The notes beneath the pieces were generated by a model. The model worked only from the letters and a program-made list of their open reading frames with translations, was not told the origin of the DNA and did no database searches. 64,000 nt of DNA from Macrostomum lignano (taxonomy: Eukaryota), in assembly GCA_002269645.1 (NCBI GenBank), contig NIVC01002881.1, positions 62,001-126,000 of the forward strand. Direction: 5' to 3'. Positions 49,603-61,978 of this stretch are shown piece after piece. A program made the position numbers and the translations under genes. Numbering within the stretch: position 1 is the first letter of the stretch; the number at the start of each line of letters is the position of its first letter.

Positions 49603-50144
49603 AAGGACAATGGAGAACAGAGGCGAGAGGGGAAGACAAAGTGATGAAGGAAACAAGAAGCAAGAGGAAAAAAGCCAGTGAGGGGAAGAATTCCCGGCAA
49701 TCCCAAGGCTTCTTATGTTGAATCACCCTCTCGCTCCGCTGCAATGCCTCCCGATATAAAAAAGGGTATAGTGTTTTTATAAAATCCCAGAAAAAAATTG
49801 TGCAGCTGGGGTTTTTTAGTCAGCCTGTTGTGCAACAACCTCGGTTTGGCAGCCTTCCTGCTGGGCTATACAGGGGTAGCTTGCATTGTGAGAGAAATCA
49901 GGAAAAAATCATCATCAAATTGGTCGTTCTGCGCTGTCCCGAGGGCGGAAGCGAACAGCACCGTGTTTGACTCTGACCCAACCCAACACTTAGTCACTCT
50001 TTAAGCTGCTGCTGGCAAATCTACCAGCTAAATGCTAAAGAGACGAGGATAGAACGAGTTTACGTTACCATGGGAGTCAGTCACACGGCTAAAATGGTCT
50101 ACCGGTGCAAGAAATCTGAATGGAGAAAACCAAACTCAAACGAA

Positions 50145-50985
50145 TTGAATGTACATTCAAGCGAGTCAGACATCCACCTCATTCCTCGGAACTGGGCGGC
50201 TAGACTTAGAGTGAGTGTACATTCAGGCGAGTCAGACACCCACCTCACTCCTCGGAACTGTGCGGCTAGAGTGAGTGTACATTCAGGCGAGTCAGACACC
50301 CACCTCATTCCTCGGAACTGGGCGGCTAGACTTAGAGTGAGTGTACATTCAGGCGAGTCAGACACCCACCTCACTCCTCGGAACTGGGCGGCTAGACTTA
50401 GAGTGAGTGTACATTCAGGCGAGTCAGACACCCACCTCACTCCTCGGAACTGGGCGGCTAGAATGAATGTACATTCAAGCGAGTCAGACATCCACCTCAT
50501 TCCTCGGAACAGTGCGGCTAGAATAAGTGTACATTCAGGCGAGTAAGACACCCACCTCACTCCTCGGAACTGGGCGGCTAGACTTAGAGTGAGTGTACAT
50601 ACATTCAGGCGAGTCAGACACCCACCTCACTCCTCGGAACTGGGCGGCTAGAATGAGTGTACATTCAGGCGAGTCAGACACCCACCTCACTCCTCGGAAC
50701 TGGGCGGCTAGATTAATTTACATTCAGGCGAGTAAGACACCCGCCTCACTCCTCGGAACTGGGCGGCTAGAATGAGTGTACATTCAGGCGAGTCAGACAC
50801 CCACCTCACTCCTCGGAAATGGGCGGCTAGAGTGAGTGTACATTCAGGCGAGTCAGACACCCACCTCACTCCTCGGAAATGGGCGGCTAGAGTGAGTGTA
50901 CATTCAGGCGAGTCAGACACCCACCTCACTCCTCGGAAATGGGCGGCTAGAGTGAGTGTACATTCAGGCGAGTCAGACACCCACC
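50145..50985. repeat. 60/66-bp minisatellite GAGTGAGTGTACATTCAGGCGAGTCAGACACCCACCTCACTCCTCGGAACTGGGCGGCTA(GACTTA)
   Basis: About 13 tandem copies. Confidence 0.95.
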
Positions 50986-51086
50986 ATAACCTCACAGAAA
51001 AAGTTCCTTACCTGCATAAAAGTAGCAGATTAGAGAAGTCAAATATTGAAGCCCGCAAAACAGAAAAAGACTCCAATGAAGCAGCA

Positions 51087-51437
51087 CTAGCCTCCACTAA
51101 TTGGCGGTATAACAGCTAATTCGTCGCCAGATTTGACGCTAATATCGCAATCCTCCGGATGGACGTACTCTTGATTAACACTGAGAACAAAACATCCGTT
51201 TAACTGAGCGAGGCTGTAAAAATTAGATGCGAGGTTAATGAGTTTTGCATGAATAAATCCAAAGTAATAAAGCCTTTGAACGTATAACAAAATAAAAGAA
51301 ACAAACCAAGGAAACAAGGTGCAAATCTGATCCTTGAGACTGGCGCCAGTGGCGAAGTTGTCCCGATCCAGCGCGATGTCTGCTTCGCTGCAACCAACCA
51401 GCTCTTTGCTCTTGGCGAAGAAACGCAATTTCACCGA
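51087..51437 (-). CDS. MOCS2: Molybdopterin synthase sulfur-carrier subunit MOCS2A (MoaD/ThiS fold). Exons 51437-51307 and 51213-51087; 5' start exon not found
   Basis: VKLRFFAKSKELVG...SVNQEYV...GDELAVIPPISGG-stop, with the C-terminal Gly-Gly. 93-nt intron TG|GTTTGT...TTACAG|C. Confidence 0.92.
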   Translation of the reverse strand, partial: SVKLRFFAKSKELVGCSEADIALDRDNFATGASLKDQICTLFPWFVSFILLYVQRLYYFGFIHAKLINLASNFYSLAQLNGCFVLSVNQEYVHPEDCDISVKSGDELAVIPPISGG

Positions 51438-51519
51438 CTGGGAAGTGAGGGGGGGGGTTGAAATACGTCCAGCCTTGAGGAAATGGAAATAACAAAGCTG
51501 TTTTACACAGGAACCCCCC

Positions 51520-52172
51520 CCCCCGCCCTAGCCACGCCAATGTACGCACAGGAGACGAGAGTCAACCCTCCCCTAGCCACGCCAATGTACGCACAGGAGA
51601 CAAGAGTCAACCCTCCCCTAGCCACGCCAATGTACGCACAGGAGACGAGAGTCAACCATCCCCTAGCCACGCCAATGTACGCACAGGAAACGAGAGTCAA
51701 CCCTCCCCTAGCCACGCCAATGTACGCACAGGAGACGAGAGTCAACCCCTCCCCTAGGCACGCCAATGTACATACAAGAGACGAGAGTCAACCCCTCCCC
51801 TATTAGGCTCGCCAATTTGCATACAAGAGACGAGAGTCAACCCTCCCCTAGCCACGCCAATGTACGCACAGGAGACGAGAGTCAACCCCTCCCCTAGGCA
51901 CGCCAATGTACGCACAGGAGACGAGAGTCAACCCTCCCCTAGCCACGCCAATGTACGCACAGGAGACGAGAGTCAACCCTCCCCTAGCCACGCCAATGTA
52001 CGCACAGGAGACGAGAGTCAACCCTCCCCTAGCCACGCCAATGTACGCACAGGAGACGAGAGTCAACCCCTCCCCTAGGCACGCCAATGTACATACAAGA
52101 GACGAGAGTCAACCCCTCCCCTATTAGGCACGCCAATGTACATACAAGAGACGAGAGTCAACCCTCCCTCCA
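51520..52172. repeat. 45-bp minisatellite CCCTAGCCACGCCAATGTACGCACAGGAGACGAGAGTCAACCCTC (presumed MOCS2 intron)
   Basis: About 14 tandem copies; 15-aa periodicity in the overlapping ORFs. Confidence 0.95.
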
Positions 52173-53074
52173 ACCCCGGCTAATGTACAACCGAGAGTCA
52201 AACATAAACCCATGTAGTCTTACGCAGGCCCCTAAAAACTTTTAAGAGAATAAAATTTGCAACACTTTTACCCTAAAAAAGTCGCGGCAGAATGCGGCGC
52301 CCCGACAGAGCAAAGAAAACAACCACAACATCAACGTAGTACAAGTGTTAGGCTATGCTGCGAAATAAATCTCCGAAATACGAGTAGTTTGAACCGGAAA
52401 ACTGAAACTGCAGTTTTTATTATCGATAATTTATTCTCGCTCCAATCCGTAGCCATCGACTAAGGAGTGCGGATGTAGACTTTCAGAAAAAATATTATTG
52501 TACTTGAAATCGCTGCTTTCAGTGCAACTGAAGGCGAAATATATTATATATGCATAGAAACTTAGCAGACAGCTGATGACCCCACAGCGACATTACAAGT
52601 AAAGTACAATATGCAACATCAAATAGTTTCTCTTCTCTCTCCCTCCCTAACCTCGTTCGCTCTTTTACGCGGTCGTAAAACTGCTACGCCGATGCTTTTG
52701 GAGCTTAACCAACTGGACTGTGTACTTTACTCAGCCCAAAATATGCTTGGCGCATTAATTACAGCCGCGCCTGGAAACACATGAAATATAATTAATTAGG
52801 CTTAGTTGAAATTGCCATACTATATTCTGCATAATAAAAATGCCTAATCTCAGAAAGTACTGCTGTAGTTAGCATTAGCAGAGCCCCCCCCCCCCCAGTA
52901 TAATAATCCAATCCAAGTATACTAAAAAGGAATTAGCACTGAATAGGGTTCAAACAAGGTCAACCTATCAGGTCACACATCCGTTCCTGACGCTCTCACT
53001 CGTCTTTTGTTAGAATTTTAAGGACACATAGCAATATATACAGGAATACCAATATCCTATAATACTTTCAGAAC

Positions 53075-53900
53075 ATCCAATCTCATGTCTCTTTGTCTAG
53101 ATTCGGTACATCTAATCTCATGTCTCTGTGTCTAGATTCGGTACATCCAATATCATGTCTCGGGGTATAGATTCGGTACATCCAATCTCATGTCTCTGGG
53201 TCTAGATTCGGTACATTCAATCTCATGTCTCTGGGTCTAGATTCGTTACATTCAATCTCATGTCTCTTTGTCTAGATTCGGTACATCTAATCTCATGTCT
53301 CTGTGTCTAGATTCGGTACATCCAATCTCATGTCTCGGGGTCTAGATTCGGTACATCCAATCTCATGTCTCGGGGTCTAGATTCGGTACATCCAATCTCA
53401 TGTCTCTGGGTCTAGATTCGGTACATCTAATCTCATGTCTCTGTGTCTAGATTCGGTACATCCAATCTCATGTCTCTGGTCTAGATTCGGTACATCCAAT
53501 CTCATGTCTCTGGGTCTAGATTCGGTACATCCAATCTCATGTCTCTGGGTCTAGATTCGGTACATCCAATCTCATGTCTCTGGGTCTAGATTCGGTACAT
53601 CCAATCTCATGTCTCTGGGTCTAGATTCGGTACATCCAATCTCATGTCTCTGGGTCTAGATTCGGTACATCTAATCTCATGTCTCTGTGTCTAGATTCGG
53701 TACATCCAATCTCATGTCTCTGGGTCTAGATTCGGTACATCCAATCTCATGTCTCGGGGTCTAGATTCGGTACATCCAATCTCATGTCTCTGGGTCTAGA
53801 TTCGGTACATCCAATCTCATGTCTCTGGGTCTAGATTCGGTACATCCAATCTCATGTCTCTGTCTCTACATTCCATACGTAGGTACATTTAATCTCATGT
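53075..53900. repeat. 35-bp minisatellite TCTAGATTCGGTACATCCAATCTCATGTCTCTGGG
   Basis: About 23 tandem copies. Confidence 0.95.
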
Positions 53901-54486
53901 CTGCGCATCGACATCCAGTAGTTTGTCTATCGAAACATCTAATCTCATATCACTACATCTATCGGCAGATCTAGTCCCATATATTCTCTATATAATCTTT
54001 AGCCTATAAATGTCTATACTTGCCCCAGATTTCCAGCATATTCAACTAGCTAAACGCCAGCAACAAGGAGTCGGACGCAAAAAAGTTATACCGAAAAATT
54101 GAAAAAACCCAATCGTTTTGCGTCTTTTTCGATCGATAAAAAGTCAATTTCAAGTTGGCCACACCAGCACGAGACAGAAAAGTAGTGATGTGGTTGAGCT
54201 CCATGCGAGGAGGACAGAAAAGCACTTTTCAGTCTGCACACGCAATGCCATCATCTGCTTCAGATAAAAAGGCGAAATGCTCACTCTATCAAGCACAGCG
54301 CATTCTGCACTGGCGACTTGGAGGGAGACTGAAGTCTGAAGCTGAATAACTCCTGGTGGGAACAGGACACACGGATTTAATGTCTGTCTGTGCTTCAAAC
54401 GGATCCGTGTCTGTGTCCTGTGTGTCAGTCTGTCTGCTTGTCTATCTGCCGGCCGGCCTGTCTGTCTGTCTGTCTGTCTGTCTTAG

Positions 54487-54945
54487 TGCATTTAATTGCG
54501 GGAAGCGTTTATGAGGCCTGTGTCTTCAAATTTGTAAAATTAGATAGCTGGTTTCGATTACCACCTCAGGGCCAAGGGAAGGTCAGCGAATGCTCACTCC
54601 AAGAACAAGAATTTCTGCTTTTGGTAAAAGAAAATCTGTCTGCCGGGAAGGGTGAGGGCGACTTCGCCTTGGTTTGGTCTAAACAAATTGGTTATGCAAT
54701 CGGGCACTGAAAGCATTTTATCTGCCGGTTCTTCTTTTTCTTTTCGTTCTCCGCCAGTTTGCTTCGCCTCACTCTTGACAGAGAGAGGCCTCTGCAAGGT
54801 TTACCAAATCAATTTCCTCTCCGGATCGGACTATGCTGAGAGAGTCCTCAATGCTCAATACTGGCTGGTGTTCGAGTGCGTCTCTCTCATGAGAGGCAGA
54901 CATTTTCAACTAGGAGTCCAGAAGACGTTGGTAGAATATGAGTAG
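54487..54945 (+). other. Possible orphan exon pair 54487-54651 and 54758-54945
   Basis: Two open frames joined by a 106-nt phase-1 intron (AAG G|GTGAGG...long pyrimidine tract...CCAG|TT). No recognised domain, and competing splice signals exist on the minus strand. Confidence 0.25.
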
Positions 54946-54971
54946 AATGATGCAAACTGAAGCAATTTGAT

Positions 54972-54973
54972 CC

Positions 54974-55004
<31 letters not shown>

Positions 55005-55031
55005 GGCAGGCAGACAGGCAGGCAGGCAGGC

Positions 55032-55094
<63 letters not shown>

Positions 55095-55119
55095 TAGACA
55101 GACAGACAGATAGACAGGC

Positions 55120-55156
<37 letters not shown>

Positions 55157-55656
55157 GGCAGACAGACTCACAAGCAGTCCCACCGCTAATCTGCGCCAGC
55201 CGAATGGGAATCCCACAAGCTGGCCAGGGTGTCCGAGGCAGAATCCCCCCCCCCCCCCGCGCGCCTGCAAGCCGTGGGTGGCACCAGAAAAGCTATCCGT
55301 CAAAAGAGACGGAGAAAGAAGCAGCGAAACGAAAAGAGGGAACAGCAGGGTGAGAGAAAATGGCTGAGAAAGTCTGGTTGCAAAGCGTCATAATAGAGAG
55401 CGCATTCATGCCCCGCTGGGCTCCCAGTTTCCTCTTTTGGGAAGCAGTTATTAAGCTGCGTTGGTTGGGGGTATGTTTAGTACTTTAATAATTTAGCGGA
55501 ATTGATGATGGGAATCTTGCGAATTATGAATAGATAGATTGGTCAATAAATTGATAAATAGATAGATTGGTCAATAAATTGATAAATAGATAGATACAGA
55601 AGAAAGACAGACAGACAGGTGGGCAGACAGACAGGCAGGCAGGCAGACAGGCAGGC

Positions 55657-55754
<98 letters not shown>

Positions 55755-55761
55755 TCAGAGG

Positions 55762-55794
<33 letters not shown>

Positions 55795-55818
55795 TCAGAG
55801 GGACAGACAGACAGACAG
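54972..55818. repeat. Two (GACA)n microsatellites (54972-55168 and 55605-55818)
   Basis: Simple repeats. Confidence 0.95.
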
Positions 55819-56514
55819 CCCAGGCCACTCACCACAGCTGTCATGCTGCCGCAGTCAGCTGAAGAAGTCAGTATTGCAATATGATGAGCAGTTTAAAAGC
55901 AGTTCTCTTGAATTGTCTGCCCGAAGAAGTGGTGCCCGTCTTTCAAAAGCATGAAGGGGAGTCAAGAAGAGAGGCAAAATTCTCTAAGACACAGGCATCA
56001 TGACGAGGTGTACCTCATTGCTTTCCTAAGTGAGCTGTAACCCATGGGTTTATAACAAAAAATGTACCCTACAATCTAGATAGCGCTGGACAACAAACGC
56101 ATTAGCTTGATAACAACTGCCGGCATAGACTAGAGCAGAAAGTACACAGACACACAATCTATATAGGAAAGAACAGCGCACACTGCACCCAAGTAACTTC
56201 AAATCCTCTCAACCGGGGAATCCTGACGAATAACTTTGGTAGCCAAAGTAGGAAATAGCGAATTTTCCGCTTCCTACGCCCTGTGCCACTGTCCCCTAAA
56301 AGCAGACAGTCAAGTCAGTAAGTTAGCGCGTACAGCTGATTTGCACTACAGCCTTGGATACTGCAAAACAGACCATTCTACAGGTTTATATTCATAATTC
56401 GTAACGTGGCCTTGGGAAAATTTTTCAATATAATAGAAATTCTTGTGGAACTAAAACAAACTTTATTGACAGACATGCTCAGAATGCATAACTTCTTTCT
56501 TTCATAACGATTTA

Positions 56515-57972
56515 ATTCAGGGTGTTTAAGGGTTCAAAATGCAGGGTGTTTAGAGTCCAGAGTGCAGGGTGTTTAGAGTTCAGAATTCAGGGTGTTTAGA
56601 GTTCAGAATTCAGGGTGTTTAGAGTACAGAGTGCAGGGTGTTTAGAGTTCAGAATTCAAGGTGTTTAGAGTTCAGAATTCAGGGTGTTTAGAGTACAGAG
56701 TGCAGGGTGTTTAGAGTTCAGAATTCAGGGTGTTTAGAGTACAGAATTCAGGGTGTTTAGAGTACAGAGTGCAGGGTGTTTAGAGTTCAGAATTCAAGGT
56801 GTTTAGAGTTCAGAATTCAGGGTGTTTAGAGTACAGAGTGCAGGGTGTTTAGAGTTCAGAATTCAGGGTGTTTAGAGTCCAGAGTGCAGGGTGTTTAGAG
56901 TCCAGAATTCAGGGTGTTTAGAGTTCAGAATTCAGAGTGTTTAGAGTACAGAGTGCAGGGTGTTTAGAGTTCAGAATTCAAGGTGTTTAGAGTTCAGAAT
57001 TCAGGGTGTTTAGAGTACAGAGTGCAGGGTGTTTAGAGTTCAGAATTCAGGGTGTTTAGAGTCCAGAGTGCAGGGTGTTTAGAGTCCAGAATTCAGGGTG
57101 TTTAGAGTTCAGAATTCAGAGTGTTTAGAGTACAGAGTGCAGGGTGTTTAGAGTTCAGAATTCAAGGTGTTTAGAGTTCAGAATTCAGGGTGTTTAGAGT
57201 ACAGAGTGCAGGGTGTTTAGAGTTCAGAATTCAAGGTGTTTAGAGTTCAGAATTCAGGGTGTTTAGAGTACAGAGTGCAGGGTGTTTAGAGTTCAGAATT
57301 CAGGGTGTTTAGAGTCCAGAGTGCAGGGTGTTTAGAGTCCAGAATTCAGGGTGTTTAGAGTTCAGAATTCAGAGTGTTTAGAGTACAGAGTGCAGGGTGT
57401 TTAGAGTTCAGAATTCAGGGTGTTTAGAGTACAGAGTGCAGGGTGTTTAGAGTTCAGAATTCAGGGTGTTTAGAGTCTAGAGTGCAGGGTGTTTAGAGTC
57501 CAGAATTCAGAGTGTTTAGAGTTCAGAATTCAGAGTGTTTAGAGTTTAGAATTCAGGGTGTTTAGAGTTCAGAATTCAGGGTGTTTAGAGTTCAGAATTC
57601 AGGGTGTTTAGAGTTCAGAATTCAGGGTGTTTAGAGTTCAGAATTCAGGGTGTTTAGAGTTCAGAATGCAGGGTGTTTAGAGTTCAGAATTCAGGGTGTT
57701 TAGAGTTTAGAATTCAGGGTGTTTAGAGTTCAGAATTCAGGGTGTTTAGAGTTCAGAATTCAGAGTGTTTAGAGTTCAGAATGCAGGGTGTTTAGAGTTC
57801 AGAATTCAGAGTGTTTAGAGTTCAGAATTCAGAGTGTTTAGAGTTCAGAATTCAGAGTGTTTAGAGTCCAGAATTCAGAGTGTTTAGAGTTCAGAATGCA
57901 GGTTGTTTAGAGTCCAGAATGCAGGGTGTTTAAGGGTTCAAAATGCAGGGTAGTTAGAGTTCAGGGTGTTTA
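56515..57972. repeat. 23-bp minisatellite CAGGGTGTTTAGAGTTCAGAATT and variants, about 63 copies
   Basis: Tandem copies. Confidence 0.97.
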
Positions 57973-58849
57973 GAATCCAAAAAAGACAAAACAATCTGTC
58001 GGAGCACTATAAAAGTTTAAATTAACCAAGCCAATTAAAAACTGACACTAATCCGGTTGTGTGTCTCAAACGATTAAATCGATAATTTTTCTTATCTGAA
58101 CAGTCGAGATTGCATTTTAGTTTTACAGGCCAAATACAGGTGCAAATCGTATTCACGTAGAAAAGCATCATAAATACGCAAGCAAGATAAGCAAATTGTT
58201 ATCGCATTTTTAGCTTAAATTCCAAATTAACAAAGACAAGAAAATTTTCGCGTCAAAATAACTATAATTTATATTATCCAATAAGGTTTTAGTAACGCAA
58301 CAACTAGCACTGTTTATAAATAATTATAGAGTCAACTGAAACATCAAAAAGCACAACACAACGATTTGTACCTATGAATTATCGAGCTATTCTTTATTAA
58401 TAATAATTAGCATAGCATTGTTATTAATATTAGGATCTATAACAAACTGAAAGCAAAGCAGGCTAATTACTTACTATAAATTACAATATTATAAAGTAGC
58501 AGTATGTGCATCCGAAGAAAGGGTCATGTAACGTCAAACAGACACAGAAACCAAGTGTTAAATTAATTAATTTCAATATTTAATTACAATAGATCGGATT
58601 TCAGTATACACAATGGACATGGATTGCATTAGGTTTAGTGAAAGATAGAGAGATGAGATGACACAGTTGAGTATAAGCAATATTAATACAGCGATATAGG
58701 AGTGCGCTAAGACGCTTTTTATTGAGACTTTAAAAAGCGCTCAAGTTTATATATTAATTAATAATCTGAATGACCTCATGACCCAAATCGATTAGAGTCT
58801 CAAAATCACCTGCGTCTTATATGAGATTAAAGCTTCAGAACTTCATCTC

Positions 58850-59360
58850 CCAACTATGAGATTAGAGCTTAAAGATCTTATCTCTTACCTATAAGATTAG
58901 AGCTTCAGAATCTCATCTCTCACCTATGAGATTAGAGCTTCAGAATCTCATCTCTCACCTATGAGATTAGAGCTTCAGAATCTCATCTCTCACCTATGAG
59001 ATTAGAGCTTCAAAATCTCATCTCTCACCTATGAGATTAGAGCTTCAGAATCTCATCTCTCACCTATGAGATTAGAGCTTTAGAATCTCATCTCACCTTT
59101 GAGATTTAAGATTTAAAATCTCATCTCTCACCTATGAGATTAGAGCTTCAAAATCTCATCTCTCAGCTGAGATTAGAGCCCAGATAATCTCATTTCCGCT
59201 ATGAGATGAAACCTCAAAATCTGAGTTCTCACCTCGCATCTATGAGATTAGAGCTCGTAACTCTTATTTCTCACGTCTGAGATAAGAATCTCATATTCAC
59301 ATCTCTTGACACTTATCTATGAGATTAGAGCTTTAATAGGTGACTTATCTGTCACCTATG
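58850..59360. repeat. 35-bp minisatellite TATGAGATTAGAGCTTCAGAATCTCATCTCTCACC
   Basis: Tandem copies, degenerate at the edges. Confidence 0.9.
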
Positions 59361-61978
59361 AGAATAGAGTTTAAAATCGCCAGCATAGAGAATTGGTCAA
59401 AAAAAACAAATAGACAAATATAACGCGCAAATATTGCTAAAAATATTTCAGATTATAACACTGGGGAATCTGGGAAGCCAGCATGACTTACCAACGCGTT
59501 GCTGAATTTAAATTTAAAAAACCAACCTCTTGCGCGACAAACTTTAACAAAAATTTGCGTTCAATAAAACACAACTAGAGGATGCATGCATTAAATTGAA
59601 TGATTTTAAGATGAGCATTGATGACACAAGGCCGCCAAAGTACAAACTATATTGTTAATAATATTGAATAATTACACAGATTTTTTGAAACGGCTAAGGC
59701 AGTTTAAAAATCAAGGGTTTGAAGAGAATATTAAATTGGCAAAAAGTGTAGGCTGTACATGCAATTGCAGTAGTTTAAATAAAAAAGGCTAACTTCTAGC
59801 CATATAATAATTAGTCGGCACAATTAGCAATTTTCTTTTTTTAAAAAGGCGATAACAATTCTATGTAAAAACTCGATTAAAGACATTATAATTAGACTAG
59901 TTTTAGATGTAAGGGACAGTTTAAAAAACTTCGAAATTAGACAGTCACAGAGACAGACAGGCGCAGGATTAAAAAATCGTTTTTTTCAAATATTTCGTAA
60001 CAGGATTAATTAAAAAACATCCGAGTGTCTACTCCGGTTTTTATTTCTAGCAGCAAAAATTATTCAGTCAAATTAGTCAGAACTGCTGTTGCTGTCATTT
60101 TTTACTATATACAATGCATACTTTGTTCCATTTCATTCTTAGTTCTGTACTGGCCCAAGGCCAGGGCATGATTAAACACAGTTAAGCTCTTCCAGACCAG
60201 ACATAACAGCGTAAAGAGAAGACAATGTTATGACAATACTTGGCCTATAGTCCTTTTATTATAACACGCACGCTATTATTATTAACAAATGAGCGAGTAA
60301 GATAGATAGGAAAAATGATTCTGTGTAAGAATGGGAGGGCTTGAGCCCGGTGAAGACTGGAGGACTGCGGAGGGGAGGGGGTTCGGATTTGGGGGTTCCG
60401 CTTTCCGCCGGCTTGTGTGCACTTACTAATTTTAGGACCAGCAGTTTGCCTGAAAAACTGACGTCACCGTTGTGTCATGCCCGCTGCCCTCTCCTCTCCA
60501 TTAAGCTACAACAGTGTAATAAAAGAAGCTAAAACTATTATTAACCCCGCCGTCACCCCTACCCGCTCTCTCTCTCTATCTCCCTCTCGCGCGTTTACTC
60601 TTGCTCGCATTAATCTATCCCCCAACACCCCCCAATCTATCTGAACCAGCCAAGTGTACATTGGAGAAGCGCGCCGGTCGCCAATGTACGCCGGGGGCCA
60701 CACACCCACCCCCGCTGACACAGGAACGCATCTGTACAGTGTGGACCGGGGTGTGTTGGATAGATAAGAAAGAGAAGGAAAGGAGGAAGGATGAGACAGC
60801 ACAGTAGGAATCGAAAATGGAGAGGAGGCCTATAGGGCTCGTATTGGGCCCGTAGAGGTCAACAGAGAGCAAGAAGGGCGCACTACTACTTACTGCACGC
60901 ACGCAAAACACAACACACTCCTTTTAAGTTTATAGCTTTAACCACATGGTTAAGCTAAGCTAATCATATATACACGCATTAACCCCTACTGTGTGACGGT
61001 TGTATGTATCAAATCGCGCTGTTTCATACTATTAGCATTAGCAGATGCCCATGCCCACAGGACAAATTTAACTTGCGTGTATCAGCATCTGCCTAGTGCT
61101 TGACTGCTTATATATACAACGCAGATACACACTTTATAGTACAGTATAATATACGGCTATAGCTATATATCTTAACACTTGGCCAGGCAAAGTTGCGACT
61201 GACGGGCACAGTGATACATACAGTTCAAACCCTTACATTTTATCTTACAATTTTAGCGCACCACACAGTCACAAGCTAACAGCAACAGCAGCTGGAATAT
61301 TTTAAGATGTTGCGTCAACGTTTTTTCCCCTTCACTTTACATTCTCTATACTTATCTGCTTTTTTATCTACCAGGTCTATCTATCCCTTATCTAGCCCAA
61401 CACATCTGGGACAACATCATATTCTGTGCAGCCTGGGGATTTTAGAGACTTACAAGACTTGAAGATTTAAATAATATATATAATATGTGCAATGCGTATG
61501 AGGCGTGGCTTTAGGGGGCTGTACTAATAAACACCGGAAAACAAGGATTGCGAACTACACAATAACATAACTAGTAATAGAGAAATGGGCAAGAATTAAT
61601 AAATATCCCAGATTTATAAAGTAAACTGGAATAAGCCTTAGATTAAATCATTCTCATAATTAAATAAATTATTAACACGCATAAATTAGTTAGCATAAAT
61701 TATGAATTACTCATACGCTAAAATTTGCCCTGTATATCATAGTAATTTGTAATAAAAAAAGTTACAAGGCAGTATGAAAGATATAAACTCACAAAGAATT
61801 ATATATGTATAAAACTATCAAGACTATTTATATGACATAATACAAACTTGAAAGATTAAAAAACAGATCATTCGAAATTCAGGAATACGTAAATGTGTAC
61901 TATTTATTAGCTTATACAGTTTATTTAATTAAATTTGCTTAGCACAAATTTAGTCAGTTTAGTGGTCCATTGTCATGG

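Noticed and set aside
40359-49744. Repeat-derived ORFs at 40.4-41.5k, 42.0-42.9k, 43.3-44.3k and 48.3-49.7k
   Set aside because: Translations are simple periodic read-throughs of minisatellites.
48164-49757. Inverted GCTGCAATGCC pair flanking the 20-bp array as transposon TIRs
   Set aside because: Only 11 bp match and there is no TSD; compatible with chance.
49860-49970. Faint MOCS2B-like peptide (ALGTAQNDQF...ISLTMQA) on the minus strand
   Set aside because: Only scattered identities, the frame closes immediately, and the key GTTR, YEAY, HR and PIWKKE motifs are absent.
60015-60055. Small hairpin followed by CTAG as a Helitron 3' end
   Set aside because: Weak bulged stem, the next base is not T, and there is no matching 5' end nearby.
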